A model generated the notes under the pieces. It was not told the origin of the DNA and did not search any database. It saw nothing but the letters and a program-made list of their open reading frames with translations. Position numbers and translations under genes: made by a program. A DNA stretch of 27,710 bases from Pseudomonadota bacterium. GTDB taxonomy: Bacteria > Bdellovibrionota_B > Oligoflexia > Oligoflexales > CAIYRB01. The DNA lies in assembly GCA_031416315.1 (NCBI GenBank), contig JANOTL010000021.1, positions 1 through 27,710 on the forward strand, in the 5' to 3' direction. Below, piece by piece: positions 17,705 through 27,299 of this stretch; within the stretch, counting starts at the first letter, position 1; each line of letters begins with the position of its first letter.

Positions 17705-19696
17705 TCAACGCGCGACCAACCCGCCCACCGCATCGACGTAGATCCTCGTCGCCGGCGCCGCTTGCGCCATCGGCAAGCGCTCGTCGCTGCCGTGGATGGT
17801 CGCCGTCAGCTCGCTCGCCAGGATCGCCGGGAAAAAGCCGTAAGAGCGGATCGGCGCTAGGCTCGAGCCGGCCGAGGCGGGCGCGCGGAACCAGGTGCTG
17901 TCGGAGCTCGTAGGCGCCAGAAATGCCGTGATCCGAGCCGCCGGATAGACTTTGGCCAGGCTCTGCGTCAGGATCTTGAAGTCCGCCGTCTCGAGGGAGC
18001 TGCCGCCGAAGTTCCAGCCCTGCACCAGGCGCACGACGAAGGCGGGATCGGTGACGCGCTTTTTCACTTCCTCGACGAAGTACGCGCCATGATCGAAAGG
18101 CTCCGGGCTCACCGTTCCCGTATGCACGAGCCGGCAGTCGGCGAGCGCTTTCGCCGCCTCCCCTTTCTTGAAGGAGAGGCTCGTCCAGGAGCACGTCGTG
18201 CGGAAGAGCGCCTCCGAATATGCCGCGTTGCCGAACGCCTTGAGAAACTTCTGATCGAGGAACGACACGTATTGCGTCAAGTCGCTGACGACGCCAGGAA
18301 TGTAGTAGAGCTTGCCCATCGTGCGCACGAAAGCGTCGATCCCCGGCGTGCGCTGATATTTGTAGAAGTCAGCTTTCTTCGGATAAAGCGGGTCTAGCTT
18401 CAGGACGCCGATGCGGCTCAAGCCGGCCGCGGCCACCTGCAAGGCGGAGAGTCCGCCCAGGGAGCCGTGCCCCGAGCTCGCGAGACGAATCTTGACGCGG
18501 AAAGCGTCGGCTTCCGCCGCAACGTCGATCGAAACGCCGGAATTCGCCGCGAGGCTCGCCGAGAACGCCTGCTGCAACGCTTGGGCCGTCGTCGCGCCGG
18601 CCGCGCAGTCGAGAACGAGCTCGCCGATCGACGGCACGACGTTCACCTGACTGCCGGGCGTGTCGTAAGCGGTCCACGCGCACTTCGCGCCGAGATCCTG
18701 CTTCTTCTTCCACGCGCTCGCCGGCTGCGTCAAATTCATGGCCAAGTGCAACTGCTGCACGAGAACGCGCGGGTCCGCGTGCGAGAGCTCGAGCCACGCG
18801 CCGCCTTTCTCCTCGGACGCGATCACGAAAACGTCTTTACCCTGGCGGTTGAGCCCGAAGCCGCCCTCGTTCAGGATCACGTCCATTTTCGCGAGCGCCT
18901 GCAGCGAGCCGCCCGGCGCCATTTCCTTCAGCAGTCCGCGGGCGCCCTTGGCCCCGACCTCCTCGTCCGCTGCCGCGATCCAATGCAAGTCGTGCGTCGC
19001 GGGAACCGCCGCCGCATGGCGCAGCGCCATCGTGAGGAGCTGCAGCACGCCGTAAGATTTCATGTCGATCGAGCCGCGGCCCCAGAGAAACTCCTCGCCT
19101 TGCGGCGCATCAGGATGCGGCGCGACGTTGCCGCTGAACGTCTGCGCGGCGTCGCGCCATTGCTCGGGATGCACGTTGACGACATCCGTGTGGTGATAAA
19201 GCCCGACGCCGGGTTTCGCCGGAGCACCGGCCCAGTCGTAGCTCGTCGCATAGCTTTCGCCCGTCCAAGACAAGGTCGCGACGAGGTTCCAGCGCTCCTC
19301 GGTCCGGTAAACCTTGCGCGGAATGCCCAAGGCCTCGACGACGGCGTCGAGGAAGGCTACGGCCTTCAGCTCGTCTCCTGGCGGGTTGATCGTCTGCAGG
19401 CGCACGTAGTGCCCGAGGCAGACGCGGAAGGCGTCCTTCGCCTTGGCGGCGAGCGGCTCGGACCACGCGATGGCCTGCTTGCCCTCGACCAAGGCCGTCG
19501 CGCCGCGGATCGCTTCGACACAGGCCGCGGCGTTCGCCGCCTGCGCCGCCTTCATCGCAGCGAAGCCGTCGTCGCCCATAGTCGCAATCCCCGGCGTCGC
19601 GACCGGAGCCTCCGCCGCGGCGAGCTGCGCCGACTGCGGCGTTCGGCAGGCGAAGACGAGGAGGACCGAGGCGGTGAGCGTGAAGCGACGCAACAT
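17705..19696 (-). CDS. M20/M25/M40-family metallohydrolase lipoprotein
   Basis: Lipobox VFAC after ATG 19696; HTDVV, GRGSIDMK, DEE, NEGG and HGSDE motifs. Confidence 0.88.
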   Translation of the reverse strand: MLRRFTLTASVLLVFACRTPQSAQLAAAEAPVATPGIATMGDDGFAAMKAAQAANAAACVEAIRGATALVEGKQAIAWSEPLAAKAKDAFRVCLGHYVRLQTINPPGDELKAVAFLDAVVEALGIPRKVYRTEERWNLVATLSWTGESYATSYDWAGAPAKPGVGLYHHTDVVNVHPEQWRDAAQTFSGNVAPHPDAPQGEEFLWGRGSIDMKSYGVLQLLTMALRHAAAVPATHDLHWIAAADEEVGAKGARGLLKEMAPGGSLQALAKMDVILNEGGFGLNRQGKDVFVIASEEKGGAWLELSHADPRVLVQQLHLAMNLTQPASAWKKKQDLGAKCAWTAYDTPGSQVNVVPSIGELVLDCAAGATTAQALQQAFSASLAANSGVSIDVAAEADAFRVKIRLASSGHGSLGGLSALQVAAAGLSRIGVLKLDPLYPKKADFYKYQRTPGIDAFVRTMGKLYYIPGVVSDLTQYVSFLDQKFLKAFGNAAYSEALFRTTCSWTSLSFKKGEAAKALADCRLVHTGTVSPEPFDHGAYFVEEVKKRVTDPAFVVRLVQGWNFGGSSLETADFKILTQSLAKVYPAARITAFLAPTSSDSTWFRAPASAGSSLAPIRSYGFFPAILASELTATIHGSDERLPMAQAAPATRIYVDAVGGLVAR

Positions 19697-19795
19697 GCGA
19701 ACTCCGAAACGTGTTGAAAATGGGCGTGGGCTTCCGCAGAGCCTACTCAATCGCCTACGACTTGGCTACCGCCGGGACCAAACGGCCCGCGCGGC

Positions 19796-21640
19796 TCAAC
19801 CTTCTGCGGGCGGCGAGGCCCAGGCCCGATCGTCCGCCTCGACGCCGCCTTTGGCGGCCTCCGCGCGCAGGATGGACTCGAGCGTGTCGATCTTCTGCCG
19901 CGCCTCTTGCAGGAAGGCGCCGCGATCACCCTGGTTGAAGAGCGGCGCGAGCTCGGCGACCGAGCGCTCGTTGTAGCGGCCGAAGATCAGGCCCTGCCGA
20001 TGCGCTCGCCACGCGGAGAAGCCCAAGCTCTTTAGGATGTCGGTGCCGAGCATCGTGGCGCTCCATCCCGTCTCGATCGACACGTGGTCGGCGCCTGCGT
20101 GCAGGAGCTTATAGGCGTGCACGCGGTCGAACGCGCGCGAGAAGATCTTGAGCCTCGGATATTCCGCGCGCACTTCCTTGACGATCTTGAGGGCGCTATC
20201 CTGATCGTCGATGCAGACGACGACGATCCGCATTTTCTCGATGCCGGCGGCGCGCAGGAGCTCGAGGCGCGTCGCGTCGCCGAAATAGCCCTTGATGCCG
20301 AAGCGCTCCATCACCTCGATCTGATCGGGGTCGTAGTCGAGCGCCGTCGTGGCGAAGCCGTTCGAGCGTAGGAGGCGCACGATCACCTGACCGAAACGGC
20401 CGATGCCCAGGACGAGGGCCTTGCTCGCCTTTTCGTCGATCGTATCGGGCGCGCGCTCTTCGCCTTTCCTAGCGTACAGCGGCAGCCCCCACTTGATCGC
20501 CGCCGCGATCAAAGGCGGCGCCAAAGCCATCGAGATCGCCACCGACGCCGTCAGGAGCTGCGCCACCTCCGGCGTCAGAAGCCGTCCGGCCGTCGTGTAG
20601 GCGAGGAGGACGAAGGCGAACTCCCCGCCCTGGGCCAGGCTCACGCCGAGGAGAAAGCACTCGGCCGAGCGCATTTTCATGACCCGGCCGAGCCCCATGA
20701 GGATCAGCGCCTTCATGAGGACGAGGCACAGAACGCCGCCAAAAACGGCGAGCGGCTTTTCGACCGGCAGGGCCAGGTCGATCCCCGCGCCGATCGAGAT
20801 GAAGAAGAGGCCTAGGAGGAGGCCTTTGAACGGCTCGAGGTCCGCCTCGATCTGATGCCGATACTCGCTGTCGGCGAGGACGACGCCGGCGAGAAAAGCG
20901 CCGAGCGCCGGCGAAAGGCCCACGAGCTCCATCAGAGCCGTCGTCCCGACGACGAGGAGGAGCGCCATCGCCGTGAACGTCTCGCGTAGCTTCATCCGCG
21001 CGAGCAGGCGGAACGCCGGGCGCACCAGGAACCGCCCCGAGATAACGAGCCCGGCGATCGCCCCGGTGACGAGAAGGGCCTGTTGCCAGCCGGGCCGCAC
21101 CGCCTGGAGGGCGCCTTCGGCAACGGGAGAGAGGCTCGTCGCCAAGAGCGGAAAGAGCGCGAGCATCGGGATGACCGCCATGTCCTGGAAGAGCAGAACG
21201 GCGAAGGCACGCTTCCCGGCTTCCGAGTTGGCGAAGCCGCGCTCGTCCAAGGTCTGGAGCACGATCGCGGTCGAGGACACCGACAGCACCATGCCCACCG
21301 CCAGCGCGCTTTGCCAAGGCAGCCCCGCGAGCTTCGCGATCGCCGAGAACAGGACGGCGGTCGAGACCACCTGTGCTCCCCCGAGCCCGAAGATCGGCCC
21401 GCGCATCTGCCAAAGGAGCCTGGGGCGCAGCTCGAGCCCAATCATCAGCAGCATCATGATCACGCCGAACTCGGCGAGATGCCCAGCGTCTTTCTGCGAA
21501 TCGACGATCAGTCCCAAGGCGGAGGGACCGAGGATGACGCCGGCGATCAGATAGCCGAGGACGGCCCCGAGTCCGAACTTCTTCGACAAAGGCGCGATCA
21601 GAATCATGGCGACGAGGTAGACGATGAGCTGCAGAATCAT
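19796..21640 (-). CDS. kefC: CPA2 K+/H+ antiporter, KefB/KefC type with TrkA-N domain
   Basis: GLGAVLGYL, AEFGV, LSVSSTAIVLQ, LLFQD, SEYRHQIEADLEPFKGLLLGLFF, GIGRFGQ, FGDAT. KefB versus KefC cannot be distinguished. Confidence 0.9.
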   Translation of the reverse strand: MILQLIVYLVAMILIAPLSKKFGLGAVLGYLIAGVILGPSALGLIVDSQKDAGHLAEFGVIMMLLMIGLELRPRLLWQMRGPIFGLGGAQVVSTAVLFSAIAKLAGLPWQSALAVGMVLSVSSTAIVLQTLDERGFANSEAGKRAFAVLLFQDMAVIPMLALFPLLATSLSPVAEGALQAVRPGWQQALLVTGAIAGLVISGRFLVRPAFRLLARMKLRETFTAMALLLVVGTTALMELVGLSPALGAFLAGVVLADSEYRHQIEADLEPFKGLLLGLFFISIGAGIDLALPVEKPLAVFGGVLCLVLMKALILMGLGRVMKMRSAECFLLGVSLAQGGEFAFVLLAYTTAGRLLTPEVAQLLTASVAISMALAPPLIAAAIKWGLPLYARKGEERAPDTIDEKASKALVLGIGRFGQVIVRLLRSNGFATTALDYDPDQIEVMERFGIKGYFGDATRLELLRAAGIEKMRIVVVCIDDQDSALKIVKEVRAEYPRLKIFSRAFDRVHAYKLLHAGADHVSIETGWSATMLGTDILKSLGFSAWRAHRQGLIFGRYNERSVAELAPLFNQGDRGAFLQEARQKIDTLESILRAEAAKGGVEADDRAWASPPAEG

Positions 21641-22221
21641 GCGCGCGACTCCGCATCCCGGCCGTCACGCAAGGCCTCGACGCGCGCTCGATAGGCGCTA
21701 ACGCAGCTCTCCATCTTTTGGCGCCGCTCGATCTCGAGCGACGCGTAGATCACGAAGGGCTCGACGAAGCGCATGCCGCAGAGGTTCGCGGTCTGCTCGA
21801 CCGGCGCCAGCAGCTGACGCACCGAATACGCGTTGTGGCCGCCCGCCGCATATGACGACTCCCCGCCGCCCGCAGTTAAAGCGGAGAGCCAGATTTTTCC
21901 CGCGAGCTTGGTGCCGCCCTCGCCGTAGGCGAAGCCGTATTCCAGCACCAGATCGAACCATTCTTTCAAGATGGCAGGCGTACTGTACCAATAAAAGGGG
22001 TGCTGGAAGACGATGACGTCGTGCTCGAGCAGAAGCTTCTGCTCCGCCTCCACGTCGATCAGAAAATCCGGGTAGGTCTCGTAGAGATCCCGAAACGTCA
22101 CGCCGGGCAAAGCCATCACAGCGGCCGCGAGGCGGACGTTGACGCGGGATTTGTGCGGCGCCGGATGGGCGAAGAGGACGAGCACGCGCTTGACCGCGAC
22201 GGGCGCCGCTCCGCTCGTCAT
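21637..22221 (-). CDS. kefF: KefF/KefG-type NAD(P)H oxidoreductase (flavodoxin-2)
   Basis: FAHP, DLYETYPD, FQHPFYWYSTPAILKEW; ATGA overlap with kefC. KefF versus KefG is ambiguous. Confidence 0.85.
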   Translation of the reverse strand: MTSGAAPVAVKRVLVLFAHPAPHKSRVNVRLAAAVMALPGVTFRDLYETYPDFLIDVEAEQKLLLEHDVIVFQHPFYWYSTPAILKEWFDLVLEYGFAYGEGGTKLAGKIWLSALTAGGGESSYAAGGHNAYSVRQLLAPVEQTANLCGMRFVEPFVIYASLEIERRQKMESCVSAYRARVEALRDGRDAESRA

Positions 22222-23105
22222 TTCCGCACGACCACGAGGTAGTGATAGCTCCGTGGCTCAATCGCCTTCACCGTTCGCCCGGCCAGGAGGCTCGCCACCG
22301 TCTTGACGGCAAACTGGTTATGGTAAGTTTCGAGCTTAGCCCCCGTCCGTCCGGAGAAGAGCCCCTCGACCACGACCTTCTCCGCTTCTTCCAGCGTCGC
22401 GACCAGGAGCGTTCCGCCTGGCCTGAGCCGCTCCCAAAGGCCCGCGAAGATCGCGCGCGCCGTCAAGGAGGGCTCCACGCCGGCGGCTTCGAGGCTCTTG
22501 CCGCTGCCCAGCTTTTGCGCCAGCGCCTCGTAATCACCCTGCCCGATCACGTAGGGATGAACGTAGAGAATGAGCTCTGGCGCCTCCGACGGCAGGTCGG
22601 CGTCTTGGGTCAGATCCGCGACCCTTGCCTCCGCGTTCGCCATTCCCAGCGTCACGAGGCGCTGAGCCGTTGCCGCGACCGCCGCAGGCGCGATGTCGAG
22701 AAAGAGGGTCCGCGCCGCCGGAAATCGCGCCTGAATCCAGACCGCCTCCCAGCTGTTGCCGCAGCCCGCGACCCAGATCGTCCTCGGCGCCGCAGCGCCA
22801 CTTTCGGCGAAGCGGTCGAAGACCAGGCGCATCACCGCGAGCCCTTCGACCTCGGCGCGCTGCGCCTGGAACGTCTCCTCGAGGCGCGCCACGTACCCAC
22901 GTGCCGCAGCCTCGCCCTCGGCCGTCGCGACCTGGCGCAGTCGGGCCACGAGAAACGGCGTGACCACGGCCTCGACTCGCTTCAGCATCAGCTCGCGCTC
23001 GGTGGCGAGCGGCGCCAAGGCGTCTGCCAACTCGGGCACTGCGCGGCTCCACATGCCGATGACGGCAAGAGCCACGGACTGCTGCGGTAGATCGAGTTTT
23101 TGCAC
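22218..23105 (-). CDS. Class I SAM-dependent methyltransferase-like protein
   Basis: IWVAGCGNS motif I, LFLDIA, VADL, LRPGGTL; AGGGAG RBS before GTG. Confidence 0.7.
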   Translation of the reverse strand: MQKLDLPQQSVALAVIGMWSRAVPELADALAPLATERELMLKRVEAVVTPFLVARLRQVATAEGEAAARGYVARLEETFQAQRAEVEGLAVMRLVFDRFAESGAAAPRTIWVAGCGNSWEAVWIQARFPAARTLFLDIAPAAVAATAQRLVTLGMANAEARVADLTQDADLPSEAPELILYVHPYVIGQGDYEALAQKLGSGKSLEAAGVEPSLTARAIFAGLWERLRPGGTLLVATLEEAEKVVVEGLFSGRTGAKLETYHNQFAVKTVASLLAGRTVKAIEPRSYHYLVVVRK

Positions 23106-23119
23106 GCTCCCTTTCTAGC

Positions 23120-23156
23120 AAAAAAGACGGGCCCCGTCTCCGAAGAGACGAGGCCC
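23120..23156 (-). terminator. Intrinsic terminator after ahcY
   Basis: Minus strand GGGCCTCGTCTC-TTCG-GAGACGGGGCCC-GTC-TTTTTT (cUUCGg tetraloop). Confidence 0.88.
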
Positions 23157-23173
23157 ACCGCACACGCTGGTGC

Positions 23174-24535
23174 TTAGTACTTGTACGAATCCAACTTGTA
23201 AGGTCCTTCGACCTTCACGTTGATGTACTTCGCCTGCTCGGTCGTGAGCTTGGTGATCACGCCACCAAAGCCTTCAACCATGTTGCGGGCGACCTCCTCG
23301 TCGAGGGCCTTCGGCAGGACCTCCAGCGTGATCGGGCCTTTCTTGTCGGCCCATTTCGCGGCGTAGAGGTGCATCTGCGCCAGGACCTGGTTGGCGAAGG
23401 AGCCGTCCATGATGCGCGACGGGTGGCCCGTGGCGTTGCCGAGGTTGACCAGGCGGCCCTCGGAAAGGAGGAGGATGTAGTCCTCGCGGTCGCCCGACTT
23501 GCGGAAGATTTTGTGGACCTGGGGCTTCACTTCCTGCCACTCGAACTTCTCGCGCAGGAACTTCGTGTCGATCTCGCTGTCGAAGTGGCCGATGTTGCAG
23601 ACGACGGCGCCCGACTTCACCGAGGACAGCATGTACTTGTCGCACACGTCGACGTTGCCCGTCGTGGTGACGATGAGGTCGATCGTGCCGAGCAGGGCTT
23701 TGTCGACGCCGTCCTCACGGCTGGTGTTGACGCCGTTCTTGTACGGCGAGACCACTTCATAGCCATCCATGCAGGCCTGCATCGCGCAGATCGGGTCGAT
23801 CTCGGAGACCTTGACGATCATGCCTTCCTGGCGAAGCGATTGCGCCGAGCCCTTGCCCACGTCGCCGTAGCCGACGACCAACGCTTTTTTACCGGCGAGT
23901 AGCATGTCGGTGCCGCGCTTGATCGCGTCGTTCAAGCTGTGGCGGCAACCGTACTTGTTGTCGTTCTTCGACTTGGTGATCGAGTCGTTGACGTTGATCG
24001 CAGGGACCGTCAGCTGGCCTTTTTCCAGCATCTCCATCAAGCGATGGACGCCGGTCGTCGTCTCTTCCGTGATGCCGTGGATCTTGGCCAAGAGCTGCGG
24101 GTACTTCTGGTGGATCATGCCGGTCAAATCGCCGCCGTCGTCGAGGATCATGTTGACGTCCCAGGGCTTACCGTCCTTCAGGATCGTCTGCTCGACGCAC
24201 CAGTCGCCTTCTTCCGGGGTCTGACCCTTCCAGGCGTAGACCGGGATGCCGGCCGCGACCATCGCCGCCGCGGCGTGGTCCTGCGTCGAGAAGATGTTGC
24301 AGGAGGACCAGCGCAGCTCGGCGCCGAGGTGGGTCAGGGTCTCCATCAACACGGCCGTCTGCACGGTCATGTGGATGCAGCCGATGATCTTCGCGCCCTT
24401 CAAGGGCTTCGTCTGGCCGTGCTTCTTGCGCAACGCCATGAGGGCCGGCATCTCGCGCTCGGCGAGCTCGATCTCTCTGCGGCCGAAGTCGGCCAGGCCG
24501 ATGTCCGCGATCTTGCAGTCTTTGGTCGTAGCCAT
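23174..24535 (-). CDS. ahcY: Adenosylhomocysteinase
   Basis: [59 protein letters not shown]. Confidence 0.98.
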   Translation of the reverse strand: MATTKDCKIADIGLADFGRREIELAEREMPALMALRKKHGQTKPLKGAKIIGCIHMTVQTAVLMETLTHLGAELRWSSCNIFSTQDHAAAAMVAAGIPVYAWKGQTPEEGDWCVEQTILKDGKPWDVNMILDDGGDLTGMIHQKYPQLLAKIHGITEETTTGVHRLMEMLEKGQLTVPAINVNDSITKSKNDNKYGCRHSLNDAIKRGTDMLLAGKKALVVGYGDVGKGSAQSLRQEGMIVKVSEIDPICAMQACMDGYEVVSPYKNGVNTSREDGVDKALLGTIDLIVTTTGNVDVCDKYMLSSVKSGAVVCNIGHFDSEIDTKFLREKFEWQEVKPQVHKIFRKSGDREDYILLLSEGRLVNLGNATGHPSRIMDGSFANQVLAQMHLYAAKWADKKGPITLEVLPKALDEEVARNMVEGFGGVITKLTTEQAKYINVKVEGPYKLDSYKY

Positions 24536-24567
24536 GGATCATTCTCCTTCAATGGACAGTGAGGGCG

Positions 24568-25569
24568 CTAGATTGCGCGAAACAATTGCAATTGAATTTG
24601 GAAGCCGTTTTTCAGCCCCAAGTACGAGCTCTCTTCTTCGGCGAAGCCGGCGGCCTGCGCCCATTCCTTCACGTCTTGCGGGTCGAAACCGAGCCATACG
24701 TCCCCGCAGGAGGCCTTCGTCCATTCCTGGTTGTGCGAGCAGAGGTCGGCGATCAGCAGGAAGCGGCCCTTGTTCACGAGCCGGCGCAGCTTCTGCAAAG
24801 CTTGAAGCGGCGACGACATATGGTGAAGCACCATGTTGAGAACCGCCGCGTCGAAGCCTTCGTCCGGCGCGCCGGCCATCTCGAAGGACTCGAGCGAGCC
24901 GTGGAGAAACGTGACGCGCTCGCGCATGCCGAGCTTTTCGCGCGTCAGCGCCAGCATCTCCTCCGAGTTATCGAGGGCGACGAGGCGGTCGAAGCGGCGC
25001 CCGAGCTCTTCGAGGAGCTGCCCCTGGCCAGGGCCGACCTCCAGCACGCGGCTTTTCCGCGGCAAGTCGATCAGGTCCAAGAGCTCGCGGAGGTTCCCGA
25101 GATACTGCGACAGCTCGCAGAGCATCCCTTGGCTCTCCACGAACTTGCCCGCATTGCGCTCGAAGAAGAGGCGCGACTGCGCCGAGCGCTCCTCGTACAC
25201 TTTGTCGATGCGCGTCGCGTACTGGCTCGCGAGGGGCATAGCATCGATCGTCTTGAAGAGGCTCGCCTGGAGCTCCTGCAGATGACCGTCGCCTTTCTGC
25301 AGGGCGCGGCGGTAAAAGATGCTGTTGCCTTGCCGGCGCGTCACCAGGAGCCCTGATTTCGACAGGACCCGCAGGTGATGGCTCATCCCGGGCTGAGGCA
25401 TGGCGAAGATGCCGGCCAGCTCTTGCACCCCGAAGGAGTCGTTGCTCAGCACGCGCATGATGTCGAGCCGCAGCGAGTCGGAGGCCGCTTTGCACATCGC
25501 GGCCAGGGCGCCGCCGGCCACGGTCGGCAGCGGTCTCTTCAGGTCGTCGTGTCGTGCGCTGGAGGCCAT
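24568..25569 (-). CDS. sahR: SahR: ArsR-family HTH plus SAM-binding methyltransferase-fold regulator
   Basis: CKAASDSLRLDI...QPGMSHHLRVL HTH; VLEVGPGQG, MVLHH; directly upstream of ahcY. Confidence 0.88.
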   Translation of the reverse strand: MASSARHDDLKRPLPTVAGGALAAMCKAASDSLRLDIMRVLSNDSFGVQELAGIFAMPQPGMSHHLRVLSKSGLLVTRRQGNSIFYRRALQKGDGHLQELQASLFKTIDAMPLASQYATRIDKVYEERSAQSRLFFERNAGKFVESQGMLCELSQYLGNLRELLDLIDLPRKSRVLEVGPGQGQLLEELGRRFDRLVALDNSEEMLALTREKLGMRERVTFLHGSLESFEMAGAPDEGFDAAVLNMVLHHMSSPLQALQKLRRLVNKGRFLLIADLCSHNQEWTKASCGDVWLGFDPQDVKEWAQAAGFAEEESSYLGLKNGFQIQLQLFRAI

Positions 25570-25609
25570 GTCGTCCCACCCTATAGACCTATCGGCCTTC
25601 GGGCAATCT

Positions 25610-25645
25610 ATATTGAATCTTTTTTATATTCAAATCTTTTTATGT
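25610..25645 (-). promoter_or_regulatory. Tandem putative SahR operators
   Basis: Two overlapping 20-bp AT-rich pseudo-palindromes (minus strand ATATAAAAAAGATTCAATAT 25610-25629 and ACATAAAAAGATTTGAATAT 25626-25645) upstream of sahR-ahcY. Confidence 0.6.
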
Positions 25646-25753
25646 TGTAAGCTGGAGAAATCCCAGGCAAAACCTGGGCAGCAGCCCGCGAAATTCCGAT
25701 TATCTCAAGCGTTTTCAGGCGTTGAGCAATGGGTGTCGAATCAGTAAGGTGGA

Positions 25754-27295
25754 GTGGCCTCATCCAAGGAGTTTCCCGTGAGCGGCCCCCAAGCGGACCT
25801 GATGGCCAAGATCGTCTCGCTGTGCAAGCGGCGTGGTTTCATCTTCCAGAGCAGCGAGATTTATGGCGGTCTTCGCTCTTGCTACGATTACGGCCCGCTC
25901 GGCGCCGAGCTGAAGCGCAACATCGCGGCCGAGTGGTGGCGCAACATGGTCTACGAGAGAGACAACGTCGTCGGCATCGACGCGTCGATCATGATGCACC
26001 CCAAGGTCTGGGAGACCTCCGGCCACCTTTCGGGCTTCTCCGACCCGCTCGTCGACTGTCTCAACTGCAAAGAGCGCTTCCGCGCCGACAAGGCGCCGCG
26101 CGGCGAGGCGGGCAAGGACGTCACGTTCCACACCGGCGGCAAGACGCACATGCCGAAGCAGACGGCGGCCGTCAGCGCCAAGGGTTACGTCTGCCCGAAC
26201 TGCGGCGCGCCGACGCTCTCCGACGAGCGCCAGTTCAACCTCATGTTCCGCACCAACTACGGCCCCGTCGACCCGATGTCGGACGCCATCGCCGCGATTC
26301 AAGGCAAAGACCTCTCGGCCGCCGAGCTCCGTCAGATCATCGAAGACACGATGAAGAAAACGGCCGTCTATCTGCGCCCGGAGACGGCGCAGGCGATGTT
26401 CGTGCAGTTCCTGAACGTGCAGCAGTCGATGTCGATGAAGGTGCCTTTCGGCATCGCGCAGGTCGGCAAGTCCTTCCGCAACGAGATCGTCGTCGAGCAC
26501 TTCGTCTTCCGCTCCTGCGAGTTCGAGCAGATGGAAATGGAGTTCTTCTGCGAGCCCGGCACGCAGTCGGAGTGGATGCAGTATTGGCGCGACGCGCGCA
26601 TGGCTTGGTACCAGCGCTACGCCAACAACAAGGAAGGCTTCCGCTTCTGGAAGCACGACGACGACGAGCTCGCCCACTATTCGGACGAGTGCTACGACGT
26701 CGAGTACATGTACCCGTGGGGATGGGGCGAGCTCGAGGGCATCGCCTCGCGTACAGATTACGACCTAACGAAGCACGCCGAGGCGTCGGGCGTGAAGCTC
26801 TCCTACTTCGACCAACAGAAGAACGATCCGACGACCGGCAAGCCGGGCTGGCGCTACACGCCTTACGTGATCGAGCCCGCCGCAGGCCTCACGCGCTCGG
26901 TCCTCTGCTTTCTCCTCGACGCCTATCATGAGGAAGAGTCGAAGGACGCCGACGGCGAGGTGAAAACGCGCACTCTCCTACGCCTCCACCCGCGCTTCGC
27001 GCCATACAAGGCCGCGATCCTGCCGCTGGTGAAGAAGGACGGCCAGCCGGAGGTCGCCGAGAAGATCGTCGACCGCTTCCGTAAGCTCGGCCTCAACGTC
27101 AGCTATGACGACAAGCAGTCGATCGGGAAGCGCTACGCGCGTCACGACGAGGTCGGAACGCCCTTCTGTCTGACGGTGGACAACGAGACCCTCACCGACC
27201 ATCAAGTGACCATCCGAGACCGCGACAACGCGAAGCAAGAGCGCATGCCGATCGACGTGGCCATCAAGGCGGTCCAAGATCGCGTGAACGGGTGA
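25754..27295 (+). CDS. glyQS: Glycine--tRNA ligase (alpha2 homodimeric type)
   Basis: KRRGFIF, YDYGPLG, FNLMF, LRPETAQ, GKSFRNE, EFEQME, HYS, SIGKRYARHDEVGTPF. Confidence 0.97.
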   Translation: MASSKEFPVSGPQADLMAKIVSLCKRRGFIFQSSEIYGGLRSCYDYGPLGAELKRNIAAEWWRNMVYERDNVVGIDASIMMHPKVWETSGHLSGFSDPLVDCLNCKERFRADKAPRGEAGKDVTFHTGGKTHMPKQTAAVSAKGYVCPNCGAPTLSDERQFNLMFRTNYGPVDPMSDAIAAIQGKDLSAAELRQIIEDTMKKTAVYLRPETAQAMFVQFLNVQQSMSMKVPFGIAQVGKSFRNEIVVEHFVFRSCEFEQMEMEFFCEPGTQSEWMQYWRDARMAWYQRYANNKEGFRFWKHDDDELAHYSDECYDVEYMYPWGWGELEGIASRTDYDLTKHAEASGVKLSYFDQQKNDPTTGKPGWRYTPYVIEPAAGLTRSVLCFLLDAYHEEESKDADGEVKTRTLLRLHPRFAPYKAAILPLVKKDGQPEVAEKIVDRFRKLGLNVSYDDKQSIGKRYARHDEVGTPFCLTVDNETLTDHQVTIRDRDNAKQERMPIDVAIKAVQDRVNG

Positions 27296-27299
27296 GCCG

